DNA of 64,000 nt from Diplonema japonicum (lineage: Eukaryota; Protista; Euglenozoa: Diplonemea), in assembly GCA_964019335.1 (NCBI GenBank), contig OZ025707.1:434001-498000 (forward strand), given 5' to 3'. The notes under the pieces are model-generated. The model did not search any database. It saw only the letters and a list, made by a program, of their open reading frames with translations, and was not told the origin of the DNA. Both the position numbers and the translations under genes were made by a program. Of this stretch, positions 1 to 11,800 are shown one piece after another. The first letter of the stretch is position 1, and each line of letters opens with the position of its first letter.

Positions 1-3000
1 GTGTCCATCTGCGGCGAAGTGATGAAGTATTGCTGCGCCAACTCCGAGCCCCTTGCCACGCGCCCCTGCGACCTGCCCTTCGTGTTTACCGTGGACGACC
101 CGCTGAACGAGCCGTTCATGAACATTCACAGGGCGCTGCTGATGTCCAATGAGCAGCACAATGTGCAAAAGGTCATCGACGAAGTGGGGAAACTGAAAGG
201 AAAGATCAGCCCTGTCGAGATGCGGCTGCTCGTGTTCTTCACCGCTGGCCGGGAGTTCATGGGGAAGAGAGAGTCGCACAGCAAGGCTGCTGAACTTGCA
301 AATTCAGAGCACATGGTTACTCTTCTGCAGCTGACTCCCAAGCAACAGCACTTGTTGCTGGTGTTGCTCGACCCGTGCAGCGTGACGAAGAACCTCACAG
401 CGCCGTGTGGGATCTCCGACGAAGGCGGGTCGCTCAGGATGGGGAACAAAGACGGCTGGACAGAGATGATGGTCACTGTTATGGCAACAGCGGCAGCGCT
501 GCCTGACTGCATGCTGCACACGCTTGGGTTGGACATCGAGACCATCAAGGATACTTACATATGCGGTGACAAAACCAGGTCACCAGCTTCGCCAGGTGGT
601 GGTTACAAATTCGACTGTGTCACCCAGCTTGATGAAGAGGGCCAGCTGACGTCCTATGCACGTGGGCAGGAGATCATGAGCGTTGGTGCCTGCTACCTGT
701 TGTGGATGGTCGAGTTCGGTGCGCTGGCGTGGCAGGCCGTCCTGTGGCCCGACACACATCAGCTCATGTGGGACAACATGTTCTCGGGAGACTTGAAGCA
801 CAAGGTGCACGGTTACGAGAAAGACCTTTCCAGCCACCAGTTGCTCGTGGCCAACATGGCGCAGCGTTCCCAGACGTACTTCGTTCACTTGGGCATGCAC
901 GTTGGGCTGACCATCGACGAGGGAAGCAGGCTGGTGGCCAACTTCTGCTACCAACTTGTCTTGGACTGGAGGGCCGCAGTTGCCATGGGTGTCGAGCCCA
1001 ACAGTCAAACCGCTGAGGGTGATGCTGCCCCCCACGAAGTAGTCGCCGAGAATCCCTTGCTGAGGAAAACGTACCCCAGCAGAGAAGATGCTGTGAAGGG
1101 TGAGCAGCATGTGGAAGCATGGTGGAAAGTGCTCACTTCTGGGAACAAACCGAAGCTTGCGCCTCCGAGTACTGAGCTGTGCAAGACACTGATTGAAGTG
1201 AGAGAGTGGGGCCTCACCAGAGAGCCAGCGGACCTGCCGAGCCACCACGAGGTGTTCTCCATGTTCCGCAGGCTGTCGCAGTCAACAGCACCCCTCTTGC
1301 TCATGGCGCTGAACGAGAACAAGCGACTGCAGATCCTCCCGAACCTGGTCAAGAACATAGTGTCCCTGATATCAAGGCTGCATATCGGGCTTTCTGGGAA
1401 GCTGCCGTTGAGCGAGGCGAACAGCCCTGTGAAGGAGTTGCTCAAGGAGTGCTACCCCCCTAACCAATGGGGGGTCGCACAGTCCCAGTGGGACGACCTG
1501 AGGATTCTGTGGAACAAGTACCTGAAGGACGTGGGGCCGATTGGATACCAGTGCGGTGAGAGGGGAGAGATCACGTTTGAGATCGAAGAGAACGCACCGC
1601 TTTCCTTGTTCCTGACATTGTCTGAGGTGGACAGCCCTATCCCACTCCACCAGAACATCATCGCAAACGCCCTGAACTCACTTACACGCATCTACAACGA
1701 CTGCCAAGAGGTGGCTGCAACGCACAGCAACATCGCCATTGCTGAAGTTGACCCCCTCCTCCTCAGCCCCACCAGGCCGGACATGACATTGCGAGCCCTT
1801 GGGGGACTTTCTCAGGTATGTGCCAAACATAAAAATGAACAAAAGAAAAATTTTTTTTTTGCGTATAGATCTGCCGAAGCTACTTCAAATGTCGTGAGGA
1901 TGGCGACATCTTGGTCGACTGGCCTGCCGTCGAGAAGGAGTTGTCGTTCGACAGCGGGATGCTGCTCCCCCGTCTGAGGGTGACGATTCCTCCTGTCTTC
2001 AAGGTGTGTTTCGGCTTTAAAAAAAAAAAAAAAAACAAATAAAAAAAATAAAAAAAAACACAGTTCTACGAAACAGAGAAGTCAACGCCCGGCACCCTGG
2101 CCATCGAGGAGACCTGCAAGGACACCCTCGCAAAGAACCCCAAGAAGCTGAACGAGTCGTTGACCAACGTGCAGGAAGAGTCGCTGAGGAGGGGCTGCCA
2201 TCATCTGTCGAAAACTCAGGTGGTCGAATGCCTCGCAGCACTGCACAGGCTGTTCGAGTCCACTGACGCGATACCTGTCGCACCGCTTTGGAGGGAGCTT
2301 CAAAGACGGCAACGAAACGATCAGACAGAACTGTCCATCTCTGCAGAGACCCTGGCACACGTTGTGGTGGGGCACACACAGTCTGTCCTGCGGTTTTTCC
2401 TGATGAAAGTGGCGAACTGCGATTGGGAGACAAGCGACCTTCCTGTGGAACTAACGGCATCGTTGCCCATTCAGATCGACGCCGACATCGACTCCGAGGT
2501 GACCGCTCTGTCTAAAACACGCCCTGTAACAGAGGTGCAGGAGTATCTTGAAGACCTTGCCACCACACTGCGCAATGCGGAGGGCCACCGCCTCCGCCGC
2601 CTCCCCGAGCCGTGGAACAAAGGGCTTGTCGACGTCTTGTCGCAGGACCTGCTTATGGACCATGAAGACGCGTTTGATAAGATCTTCATAAATGTGAAAT
2701 GCAGCCAGTCCGTCGCGCTGCGGAAATGGCTTGAAAGGTACGCGAGGAAGCTCAGAGCACTGCAGGCAGACTCGACGGAACACTTGTGGATAGAAGACGG
2801 TGCGGACGTACCCGAGATGTCCATTAGAGTGGAGAGGAAACAGGGCGACAAGCTGGTCGTGTCATGCAACGAGGAGCTCATCGTGGAGCACACAGAGGGC
2901 GTTCTAGCAACGGCGGGGCTCAGGCCTGGTATGAAGATCCTCTGCATCTCGGACTACCTTGTGAACTGCGCTGACGACGTGAAAGAAGTCTTGAGCAGAG

Positions 3001-3626
3001 TCGAAACAACCTTCGACGTCGTTGTAAGCCACGAGGAGGACACCACCATCGGAGAGGACGAAGGCCTGGACTTCCAGGTGATGGAGGAAGAGATCATGCT
3101 GGAGGAAGACGTCATCGTGGGAAGCCGCAGAAGGGGCGCGGTCCCTGTGAAATCAAGCACGGCAAGGGGGTGGACGAACCTGAGGGGGCACATGAAAGTC
3201 CTCGATTCAAAACAAGCAGCAGAAGCAGCCAAGGGACACATTATGGCAGTGCAGGAAGAGCCCAAACCGGGGATGGAGAGAATCCTCAGTGATGTTTCTG
3301 GCTCTTTTGACATGGAAATGGATGAGGACTTCCCACGGCAGTCGTCCGCCCCAGCACAGTGGCTTGACCCGGAAGTGCCTGGACTCCCTCACATGGTGAG
3401 GTCTGACCCTATGGTCGCAGGCACCCCGCCTGTGAGCAGTGCAAAGCGACGAAAACATGCTAATGCAGACCTTGGGAAGAGGGTCGCTGATTTGCATGAA
3501 CAGAATCGCTACCTTGGGGTATGTGTAAAAAATAATAATAGTAATAATAATGAATAATAGGAAAAGCTTAAGAAAACCGAGGAACGTGTGGAGCAGCTTT
3601 CGGCTCGGTTGGATGAAAAGAAATGA
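1..3626 (+). CDS. 3' part of a large RNF213/mysterin-like protein with C-terminal PDZ-like domain and short coiled coil (5'-partial; exons 1-1815, 1869-2003, 2064-3518, 3561-3626)
   Basis: GT-AG introns 1816-1868, 2004-2063 and 3519-3560 join ORFs 1..1977 and 2160..3557 in frame and give a stop at 3624-3626. LQILPNLV..L..RLH, W....LWN.....IGYQC and APLSLFL...ALNSL..IYND resemble the RNF213 C-terminal region from recall. A PDZ-like segment (AGLRPGMKIL) lies at ~2820-3030. Gene structure is solid; the family call is moderate. Confidence 0.55.
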
Positions 3627-3677
3627 GAGTAATTGAATACCTTCCCCCCCAGGATTTAATACCGTATGCACAAACAA
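3625..3677 (+). repeat. Dispersed structured module A, copy 1 (begins at the stop codon, in the 3' UTR)
   Basis: GAGAGTA, then hairpin ATTGAAT-A-CCT/AGG-ATTTAAT, then TGCACAAACA (3667-3676). Same motif order as the other A copies. Confidence 0.45.
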
Positions 3678-4114
3678 ATGAAAAATCTGGCTCTGTTTTT
3701 ATTATTATTATTTTTTTTTAAAAAAATCTTTTTACAGTTCTAGCCTTTTTAGAAAGAATTTAAAAAAAAAAAAAAAGAAACCAGAATATTCTTTTTACAG
3801 TTATTTTAATCCTTTTATTTTTTTTTCTTGAGCTTTTTTTTTTTTTTTTTACAGTGCGCTGCGTGATTTTTTTTTTAAAAGCAGTTTTCACAGCGACACA
3901 ATTTCTCACCCCCCCCCTTTTTTTTAACAACTTTGATTACCAACGTTTTTCTTCTTTTTTTTTATTTGAAAAAAAAATTCGGTTATTTCAACTAGCGAAA
4001 TGAAGTGTGTTTCTTCTCCCCATCTCCCCCCCCCTTTTTTTTCTTTTTTGAAAGATCTTTTTTTTGTTCTCCCCAATCCATATAAAAAAACCAACAATAA
4101 AGGAGGAAACGAAA

Positions 4115-4447
4115 ATGACGGCGATAGAGGAGGAAACAGTTAGCCTTATTGAAGGAATGACTGGGTTTTTCAAAGATTTCCCCAGAGACGTGTCAGCGAT
4201 GTGTAACACGAAGGAGGGAAAAGGCAAGAAGAGCATCGTGAAGAGAATGGCCAAGAGAGACGGCAAGAGGGCCATGCGCTCACGGCTCCTGCAGCAAAAG
4301 CAGGAGCTCGAAGTGCTGGAGAGCTGCGACACCGCGTATAAGCTAGTCTACCAGAAATATTCCGCTTTGCAAGGAATGATGCTTGACAACCTGTGTTCCT
4401 CTGTTTTTCTACCCGAAATAAAAGAGAAGCCCTTGGTATCAAAATAG
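4115..4447 (+). CDS. Small hypothetical protein (~110 aa), basic and helical
   Basis: GC-richer coding-like segment between homopolymer spacers; ATG at 4115 after an A-rich leader. A 3' intron near 4436 cannot be excluded. Confidence 0.6.
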   Translation: MTAIEEETVSLIEGMTGFFKDFPRDVSAMCNTKEGKGKKSIVKRMAKRDGKRAMRSRLLQQKQELEVLESCDTAYKLVYQKYSALQGMMLDNLCSSVFLPEIKEKPLVSK

Positions 4448-4509
4448 CAATTTTTTTTTTTTTTTCCCCCTTCCCCCTTTTTTTTTTTTCCCGGCCGGTG
4501 AAGCGCAAA

Positions 4510-4540
<31 letters not shown>

Positions 4541-4708
4541 AAAAGAAAACGCATGCATACCTTTAAAAGAGGGATTTTTTTCTTTCTTATCTTTACAGAT
4601 AAGAAAATCGCAAAACGTTTCCCCCTTCTTTTTGTTTCTATGCACAAAAAAGAAAATGCGACATTGCAGCATGGGGAGGGGGGAAGAAGGAGGGACACAC
4701 GAACAATA

Positions 4709-5344
4709 ATGATGTATAGCAGTGAGCCAGACATGGCTGGTGAGAGGCCTTCTGTCCCAACAGTCCGAAGCAGTATCTTGAACTTGGAATCTCTTGTGAG
4801 CAAAGCGAGTGTGAAGAGGCAGAGGGCAGAAACACGGGAAGTCTCGCCCAGCGGGGCCGTGGTGGACGAGGAGGCCATCTACGAAAAAAAGAGAAAAGAG
4901 CTGGGCTTGCTCCTGGGGAGCGAGGGTATAAAACCTGAAGTAAGAACACCCCGAGCACTAGAGAGCCCACAGGGGGCACCAGTCAGCAGCCACATCACCA
5001 CCACGACTGAGGACCGAACCCGGTTGGAGCTAGCTGACAGAGACAGAATGATAGCTAGTATGGAAGCTGCGTTGAGACATCTTCGCGAGGAGCTGCTCTC
5101 CAAGGATGAGGAAATCATGCGGCTTCGGCAGGAGCTCACGGCGTCACAGACGCAGGCTGCCTCAAGCATCGACCCTTCTGCTGTTTCTGCGTTTTTGGAA
5201 TCCACCCTCCAACAGCTCAGTGCCTGCCATCAGCAGGCTGTCACCTTTCAACAGGATGTCGCATCGCGCAAGCCCCACCACCACCGCACTCGGTCCCCAC
5301 ACACAACCTACAGACGCACCGAACCAAAATCGCTCCTTTTGTAG
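4709..5344 (+). CDS. Hypothetical coiled-coil protein
   Basis: Coding-like composition starts at ATG 4709; heptad-rich segment DRDRMIASMEAALRHLREELLSKDEEIMRLRQEL. Confidence 0.7.
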   Translation: MMYSSEPDMAGERPSVPTVRSSILNLESLVSKASVKRQRAETREVSPSGAVVDEEAIYEKKRKELGLLLGSEGIKPEVRTPRALESPQGAPVSSHITTTTEDRTRLELADRDRMIASMEAALRHLREELLSKDEEIMRLRQELTASQTQAASSIDPSAVSAFLESTLQQLSACHQQAVTFQQDVASRKPHHHRTRSPHTTYRRTEPKSLLL

Positions 5345-5674
5345 TAGAAAAAGCCCTTGGTGAGCACCGTAAATTTATCAGATTTTTCTATTTTTCTTTA
5401 AATGTGTAGCCCCCCCTTTCCCCGTATTCTCCTCTTTTTTTTTTTTTTTTCCGCGTAGATTTTTTTTTCCCTTTGTAAAAAAAAAAAAAGGAAAAGAGAG
5501 GATGCCTGAAAAAAGAAAAATATCGCTCCAGAGCTCCCCCCCCACCCCCTCTTTTTTTCTCCCCCCCCCCACCTTACCTGTAGTTCTTTTTTTATTTTTA
5601 AATTTTATAGTGACATAAACGCCTTCCCCTCTCCCTTCCCGTAACGGCTTTCAAAGTAGAACAACGTAGCATCG

Positions 5675-8647
5675 ATGTCGCACCCTCGCTCCCGGCGGGA
5701 AGGCAGCGTCGCTGACGCAAATGAAATGCTGAATATAAAGCTAGAATCGATGGGGATGCTGCGGGGGAAGTTCAGAGACCTGACAGAGCTGCAGAAGAAC
5801 GAGGAGGAAGGGCTGAAGGAAACGATGGGGGAGCTGGTTCGACACGCGGCAGACGAGGAAGAGAAGGTGGAGAGGTTGGAGGACCAGCTGGCTGCCTACA
5901 AACGACTCCTCCACGAGGAAGAAAAGGAAAAACAACAGGCTGTAGACATGGTGTCGCAGTTCAAAAGGGAAGGCGAGTTGATCATGGAGAAGCTGAAGAC
6001 GGCACTGAAGGACATGACCCAAAAATACGAGGCGGAAAAAGCACGGAGAACAAAAGTAGAAGCAGGGGTCGCAGGAAAACTAGACAGCTACCGACAGCTT
6101 CTAGAACAGCAAGAGCGGGTCACCGTACAGTTCAAGGAGAAGAATGCTCAGCTCGAGATCAAACTCCACAATGCGGAAAAGCTTGTGAAGGACATCACGC
6201 GTCAAGACAACCTCAACCAGGACTACAAAGGGATAATTTCAGAACTCAAGGGTGTCGACAAATCACGGGTCCTAAGCCCCAAACCAACCCAACAGGAAGC
6301 CGACCCTGAACGGAGCGTAGAACACAAGCTGAGACTACAGGAGCAGATTATCCAGATGCTCTACGCAAAATTGAAGAGCGAGCAGACGCACCGTTTGGAA
6401 ACAGAAGAGCAAGCCGCCTCGATGGTGGCGGCGGAGGAGGACACCATAAGGAAGCTGGAGGACAAGCTTCGAGAAGTCGAGGCTGATAAAGAACGCGGCA
6501 CCCCACGTGCGGCAGCCACCCCGAGGCATCACGGCTTCGGGACACCGAGGGCAATGCACAGCACGCCGTTGTTGTCCAGAGGGCTGGAAAGCCCGTCTCC
6601 TCCCAGGGTATATATTGAGGGGGAAAAAAAAAAAAGAAAAAAAAGAAAAATTATCATATACTGTAAAACGAAAAACTCCCGGACGGAAAAATGTCCGAGT
6701 TTTTTTTGGCGTCCGGGAGTTTTTCCGTCCGGGAATTTTTTTTAGGTAAGGCCGTCAGGGGGCCTGGTCCACTACCACCTACATACTGGCCTGGGCTGCA
6801 AACGGCAACCGCGCGAAGAAACCCCCAGGGTTCCCTTTCTGCATCTTTGTCCTCCCTTGCTGCCCCTGAGGCAATCAGCTTGTCGAGCCTTCGTGTGGCC
6901 TACTACCTTTCTTAATAGATGCTTTACAGCTGCGTTCAACCCAATATCCATCGGTTGAACCATGTAGGTGAGCCCAGGGGGACAAAAGCAATGTGCACGT
7001 TTGCGCCTGCGAACCACTCTACGAACCCATAGGCATAGGTCGTGTGAGAGTTGTGGTCGCCGACAAGCAGCAGAATCGGCCCGTGGCAAAACCATGGGAA
7101 TCGATGATTTATAGCAAAAAGGAAGAAACAGCTCCGTAACCCAGATACCGAGTATCATAATTAGCCCAATGATTGGGCGATGCCGTTAGGCTCCATTCGA
7201 CGGGCACTGTCCTTTTCCACTGGCTAGGCTGACAAAACCTTGCAGCAAGAAAGGCAAAAGCCGCAAGCCACCTCCGGAAAGCCCGGAAACGAGAAGGACA
7301 ACGAGAGGGCACGCTGTTTCACCATGGAATTCAGGTCCATAATCGACACCCATAAACTAAGACCGGAATTGGTCTGGAATATGGGGTTAAAAACTAAAAC
7401 GAAAAGGGGTGCTAAGGTCGTAAAAGTCCGTGGCTTGGGGGACAAAACGGGCTATAACCGAACAGCTGGCTGTTTCCTTGGCTGGATGAGTTGCATCCGC
7501 AACTTAAATACAAAGGCAAAGCGGGAATGCAACCGGCAGATTATCCGTGCCCCGGTCAAGCACCTGCCTTCTACCAAGTCTGTATTTCGGGCTGGATTGG
7601 CGCGCAGCAGCCCTTCTGCATAGGTGCATATTTGTTGTGCTGGGATAGGCTCGCCAAGCCCGTTTTACCTATCGACTCAAGCAAAAACCTTTCAGCCCCC
7701 GAAGGATGCTAAATCCCGTATTGGGCGATACGCTGCTATCACGGCGTCGCGGCGGCCAGGGTGTGGTAGGGCGGAATAGCAACGTCCAGTATTTCCGGCT
7801 CTGTTGAACCTGTTGCTGCCGTCTTCTGACCGAGGCAGAGGCCGCCAAGTTGCTTTTTCGGGGGTTTGCACTGGCCTTCTCGGCCCGGTGTAAGGAGTTT
7901 ATCTCCTCCACCTCTCGGGGGTGAGCTGGCCGGGGGTGTCAGCACTAAAGTTGGGCCCCTCACAAGCCAGCTGCTCAACGTGCCTTGGGTAGTCGAACTG
8001 GTCAACTTGACGAAAGAAGTACGGGTTTATGAGAAGTAAAAGATCCCGTGGGTGCTGTTTGTTGGTGCATTGAAAGGGGAAGAAAAATTCAAACTGCCAC
8101 GCAGTAACATTTTGGCTCTGCACAAGGAATAAAGCCCTTCCAGGCAAACGTGGTGGGAGCTGCTACCCCCCCTTTAAGTAAAAAAACTTCTTCCCAGAAA
8201 AACTCCCGGACGGAAAAATGTCCGGGTTTTTTTGGTGTCCGGGAGTTTTTCTGTCCGAGAATTTTTCCGTCCGACATTATTCGTTTTACAGTAAATTAAA
8301 AACAGAATGCGTTCGCGCAGAAGCTGGTGGCCTCGTCCTTAGAAAGTCAGCTGGCGGAGGTGACGAAGGATTTCAACCAATCTTTGGAGATGTGGAGCAA
8401 GCGGTTGAACACGCCCCCCGCTGGGGGTGGTGGTGTCGATGCGGGCCTGTTCAACAGCAACGGAATGGTCGACACGCCAACGGACGACCACTTAGAGCCG
8501 ACAAGCATCCCCTTCGCGCCCGAGGAAACCGACTACCTACCTGACTCCCCGTTGCCCCCCGCCCCGAACCTATTCCGCACCTCAGACCTCCTCGACGATG
8601 ACTTCCTTCCCGACTCCCCCAATCCTATTCTCGCGTCCGATTTGTAA
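5675..8647 (+). CDS. Coiled-coil protein with Pro/acidic tail; exons 5675-6607 and 8306-8647; the intron contains a transposon
   Basis: Donor GTATAT at 6608 and acceptor AAACAG ending 8305 join ORF 5675 in frame to ORF 8327..8647. Confidence 0.75.
6661..8291 (-). mobile_element. Degenerate pogo/Tigger-like (Tc1-mariner superfamily) DNA transposon inside an intron
   Basis: TA at 6659-6660 and 8292-8293 (TSD). Perfect 12-bp TIR CTGTAAAACGAA / TTCGTTTTACAG. Broken DDE motifs: PPGLTYMVQPMDIGLNAAVK and SPNHWAN on the minus strand; ELVWNM and LHPQLKYKGK on the plus strand. Confidence 0.88.
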
Positions 8648-8842
8648 AACCCTCGCCCCCCTCCTTTTTTTTCTCCTGTTTTTCCCACCCTTTTCCCTCA
8701 TTTTATTTTTGTGAAGATTCTCGTTCAGTTTTCTTTGTTGTTGTTGTTGTTTTCCCTCCCTTATGGAATAGAAATTAAAAACACAAGCGGGGGTGAGAGA
8801 AGTGGGGCGGGAGGGGGAGGGGGGGAGAGAGGGGACGGGGAA

Positions 8843-11800
8843 ATGCTCAGAACAAGCAATGAGGCGAAGGTAGTGCTATGGTTGCAGGACACAGAGGAGG
8901 TTCCAATGCTGCAGCGCGACGGGACGCTGCGGCTCGGGGAGGCAATGGTGAAGTGCAACGAAGTGTTCCCTGCAGGAGACGTAAAGGGGGTGTGGGAGTG
9001 CGCTACCGACAAAGTGATGGACCTCTTCATACAAGGCGAGAACTGCAACGTCGTGCACATGAGCGAGGGAAACAACACCAACCTCGACCTAAGCACACGG
9101 AGCATCAAGGCTGTCCTCCACCACCTGGAGCACATCTCACCAGACTGGAGAAATGCATTTTCCTGCAAAGTCGCACTTCTCGCCATCGAAGGAGTGTCCC
9201 CAAACATGGACATTACCGTTTTGAACAAACCCTCTACCAATAGCCAGCGTCCTCCGTCTCATTACGATTGGGAACCCAGGGAGATTCTCAACTCCCCGTA
9301 CTACCCGTTGGAGAGTGATATGTCAAGCACTTTTGGAAAGGCATCCGCTGAGTCGACCTTGGTGGTGTCCGTCGTGCTGCGCAGCCACACAACTGACAAG
9401 ATTGCAACCTTGAACTTCATGCGCCCGTGCGCCAAACATCAGCCGTTGTTCGAAGGCGCGATGAACAAGTGGATCAAAGGAAGCACCGCGTCATGGCTCG
9501 CTCCCTTCTTCAAGACTGCGACAAAGCTGTCTCTCGTTGTAAGTTCGCATATGAAGCCTTCGGAGTACAACCGGTTTTGTCTCTTCGGCACCGTGAACGC
9601 CATCCTGCAAGGTACCCGTGCCATTGGTCAGATGGAAGGGTCGTCTAGCATCCTTCGTGCTGCGTTGAGTGCCGCAACGTCTTCAACAACGAACTCAAGT
9701 GCTGCGACCACCCCGTCTTCTCGTCCTTCGGAGCCCCCTGCAACACATCAGCTTGCTGCTACTATTGAAGGGCTTCGCGCTGAGAACCTTTACCTCAAAG
9801 ACCAGTTGGAATGGACCAAAGCCCAGCTGCACCGCGCAACGGCCAAAGAAGAGCACGCGTTAGAAAACATCGGCAGCACCAGACGAAAGGAGGAACAGTG
9901 GAACCAGACCTACGATGCGATGTCGAAGGAGATCAACTCGCTCGAGGGCAGCATCAAGGGCCTCACAGCGGAACTCGACGACACGAGGCGGCTGGAAGAG
10001 ACTCTGAACAAGGTAAGGGAGGAACTCCGAAATCTGGAGAAGGAGAACGTGCAGCTGCGCGAAGAGAACCACCACATGAAACAGGGGCAAGTGGGGGAGG
10101 TCGCACAGATGGAGACGCAGATCTCCTGGCTGGACACCAACAACAAATCGCTGGAGATGCAGCTTGCAACTGCGAAGGCACAGCTGGACAAGTTGCGTGA
10201 CGACGCAATCAACGGGCAAGTGCGTGCTGCGCAGCAGGAAACAACCATCAAGCGCATGCAGGAGGCACACCTTACGAACGGCGACCAGATCGCACTGTTG
10301 AAGGCACAGGTGCAGGCGTCTGAACAACGAGAAGAGTTCGGCAAACAGATAAAGGTGGAGGTCGCCGAGGAACTCGAAGTGGAACGCGACAGGTGCACCA
10401 CCCTCTCGAATGAGGTAGGCGTTCTGAGAAGCAGGTTGAAAGCAACGGAAGGGGAGCGGGAGTGTCTCAAAGGAGAGCTTCTGGCAGAACTGCAGCAAGA
10501 GAAACAACGCCGCGCCGTGCTCGACGACACCGTGAAGCAGCAACAGGAAAGGCTCGAGATTATCAGAAAGGATCAAGGCGCCAAGCAGCAGCAGCTCCAA
10601 GAGACCCAAGATGATAAGAACCGAATGCAACAGCACCAGCGGGAGCTTGAGGTGCAGGTGCAGCAGCTACAGGCCGAGACAAAAAGGATACAAGCACGCG
10701 AGATACAGGTTGAAACTTCCAAGGGTGCTGAACTTGACGCAGTGCGTTCGCAGAACACAGAGTTGAGCAGGAAGTTATGCTCCGCAGAGACGAGGCAAGA
10801 CGTGCTACAAGGAGAGCTGCAGGATGTGAAGAGTGAGCTGAAGCGTGCACTGAAGCAGCAACGGGAGACCCTCGACCGTGTCAGAGAAGAACAGCTAGGC
10901 GAAGCTCGGAGGGAAGCTGATTACCTGAAGCAGCAACGAGAGAAGCTCGACCGTGCCAAGGAAGAGCAGCTGGGCGAAGCACAGAAGGAAGTCGACCACC
11001 TGAAACAGAACAAACGCGAGCTGGAAGCGAAAGTGCAGAACCTTGAGGGAGAAGCTGACAACCTGAAGCAGCAACGAGGGAAGCTCGACCGTGTCAAGGA
11101 AGAGCTGGGCGAAGCACGGAAGGAAGCCGACCACCTGAAACAGAACAAACGCGAGCTGGAAGCGAAAGTGCGGAACCTTGAGGGAGAAGCTGACAACCTG
11201 AAGCAGCAACGAGAGAAGCTCGACCGTGCCAAGGAAGAGCAGCTGGGCGAAGCACAGAAGGAAGCCGACCACCTGAAACAGAACAAACGCGAGCTGGAAG
11301 CGAAAGTGCAGAACCTTGAGGGAGAAGCTGACAACCTGAAGCAGCAACGAGAGAAACTCGACCGTGTCAAGGAAGAGCTCGGTGAAGCACGGAAGGAAGC
11401 CGACCACCTGAAACAGAATAAACGCGAGCTGGAAGCGAAAGTGCAGAATCTTGAGGGAGAAACCGAGCTGAAGGCATCAAAACTGGCACATGTTGAGGCC
11501 GCGCTCGATGCAGAACACGCAAAGAACGCTGATCTCAACAGCAAGCTTCAGGCTGTAAGTGGCGACCGAAACAAGCTCGGGAATGAGCTTGACAGTTTGA
11601 AGGGAGAACTTGTCCGCGTGCAGGCCGGTTTGAAACTTGAGCAAGATCGAAATGCCAGTCTTGAAGCCACAGTGCAAGCAAACCAACAAGATTTCGCAAA
11701 GACTGCAGGCATACAGGATGCAATGGGGCGTCAGGCAGCTGATCTTGGTGCTGAGCGTGCCAAGAATATTGGCCTCGCAGGCGAGGTGAACATGCTGGGT

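Noticed and set aside
3625-3677. Module A as a permuted twister ribozyme (GAGTA, TAA and AAAC motifs)
   Set aside because: The required P2 and pseudoknot pairings could not be formed consistently across copies.
8711-8842. N-terminal extensions in the ORF track (also 4064, 4553, 24986, 28471, 31135, 41941, 51944, 54980), some resembling signal peptides
   Set aside because: They translate homopolymer leaders (poly-F/K/G), mostly from non-ATG starts. A downstream ATG coincides with the onset of coding-like composition.
10925-11461. CRISPR-like array
   Set aside because: The units are contiguous in-frame coding repeats with no unique spacers, in a eukaryotic context.
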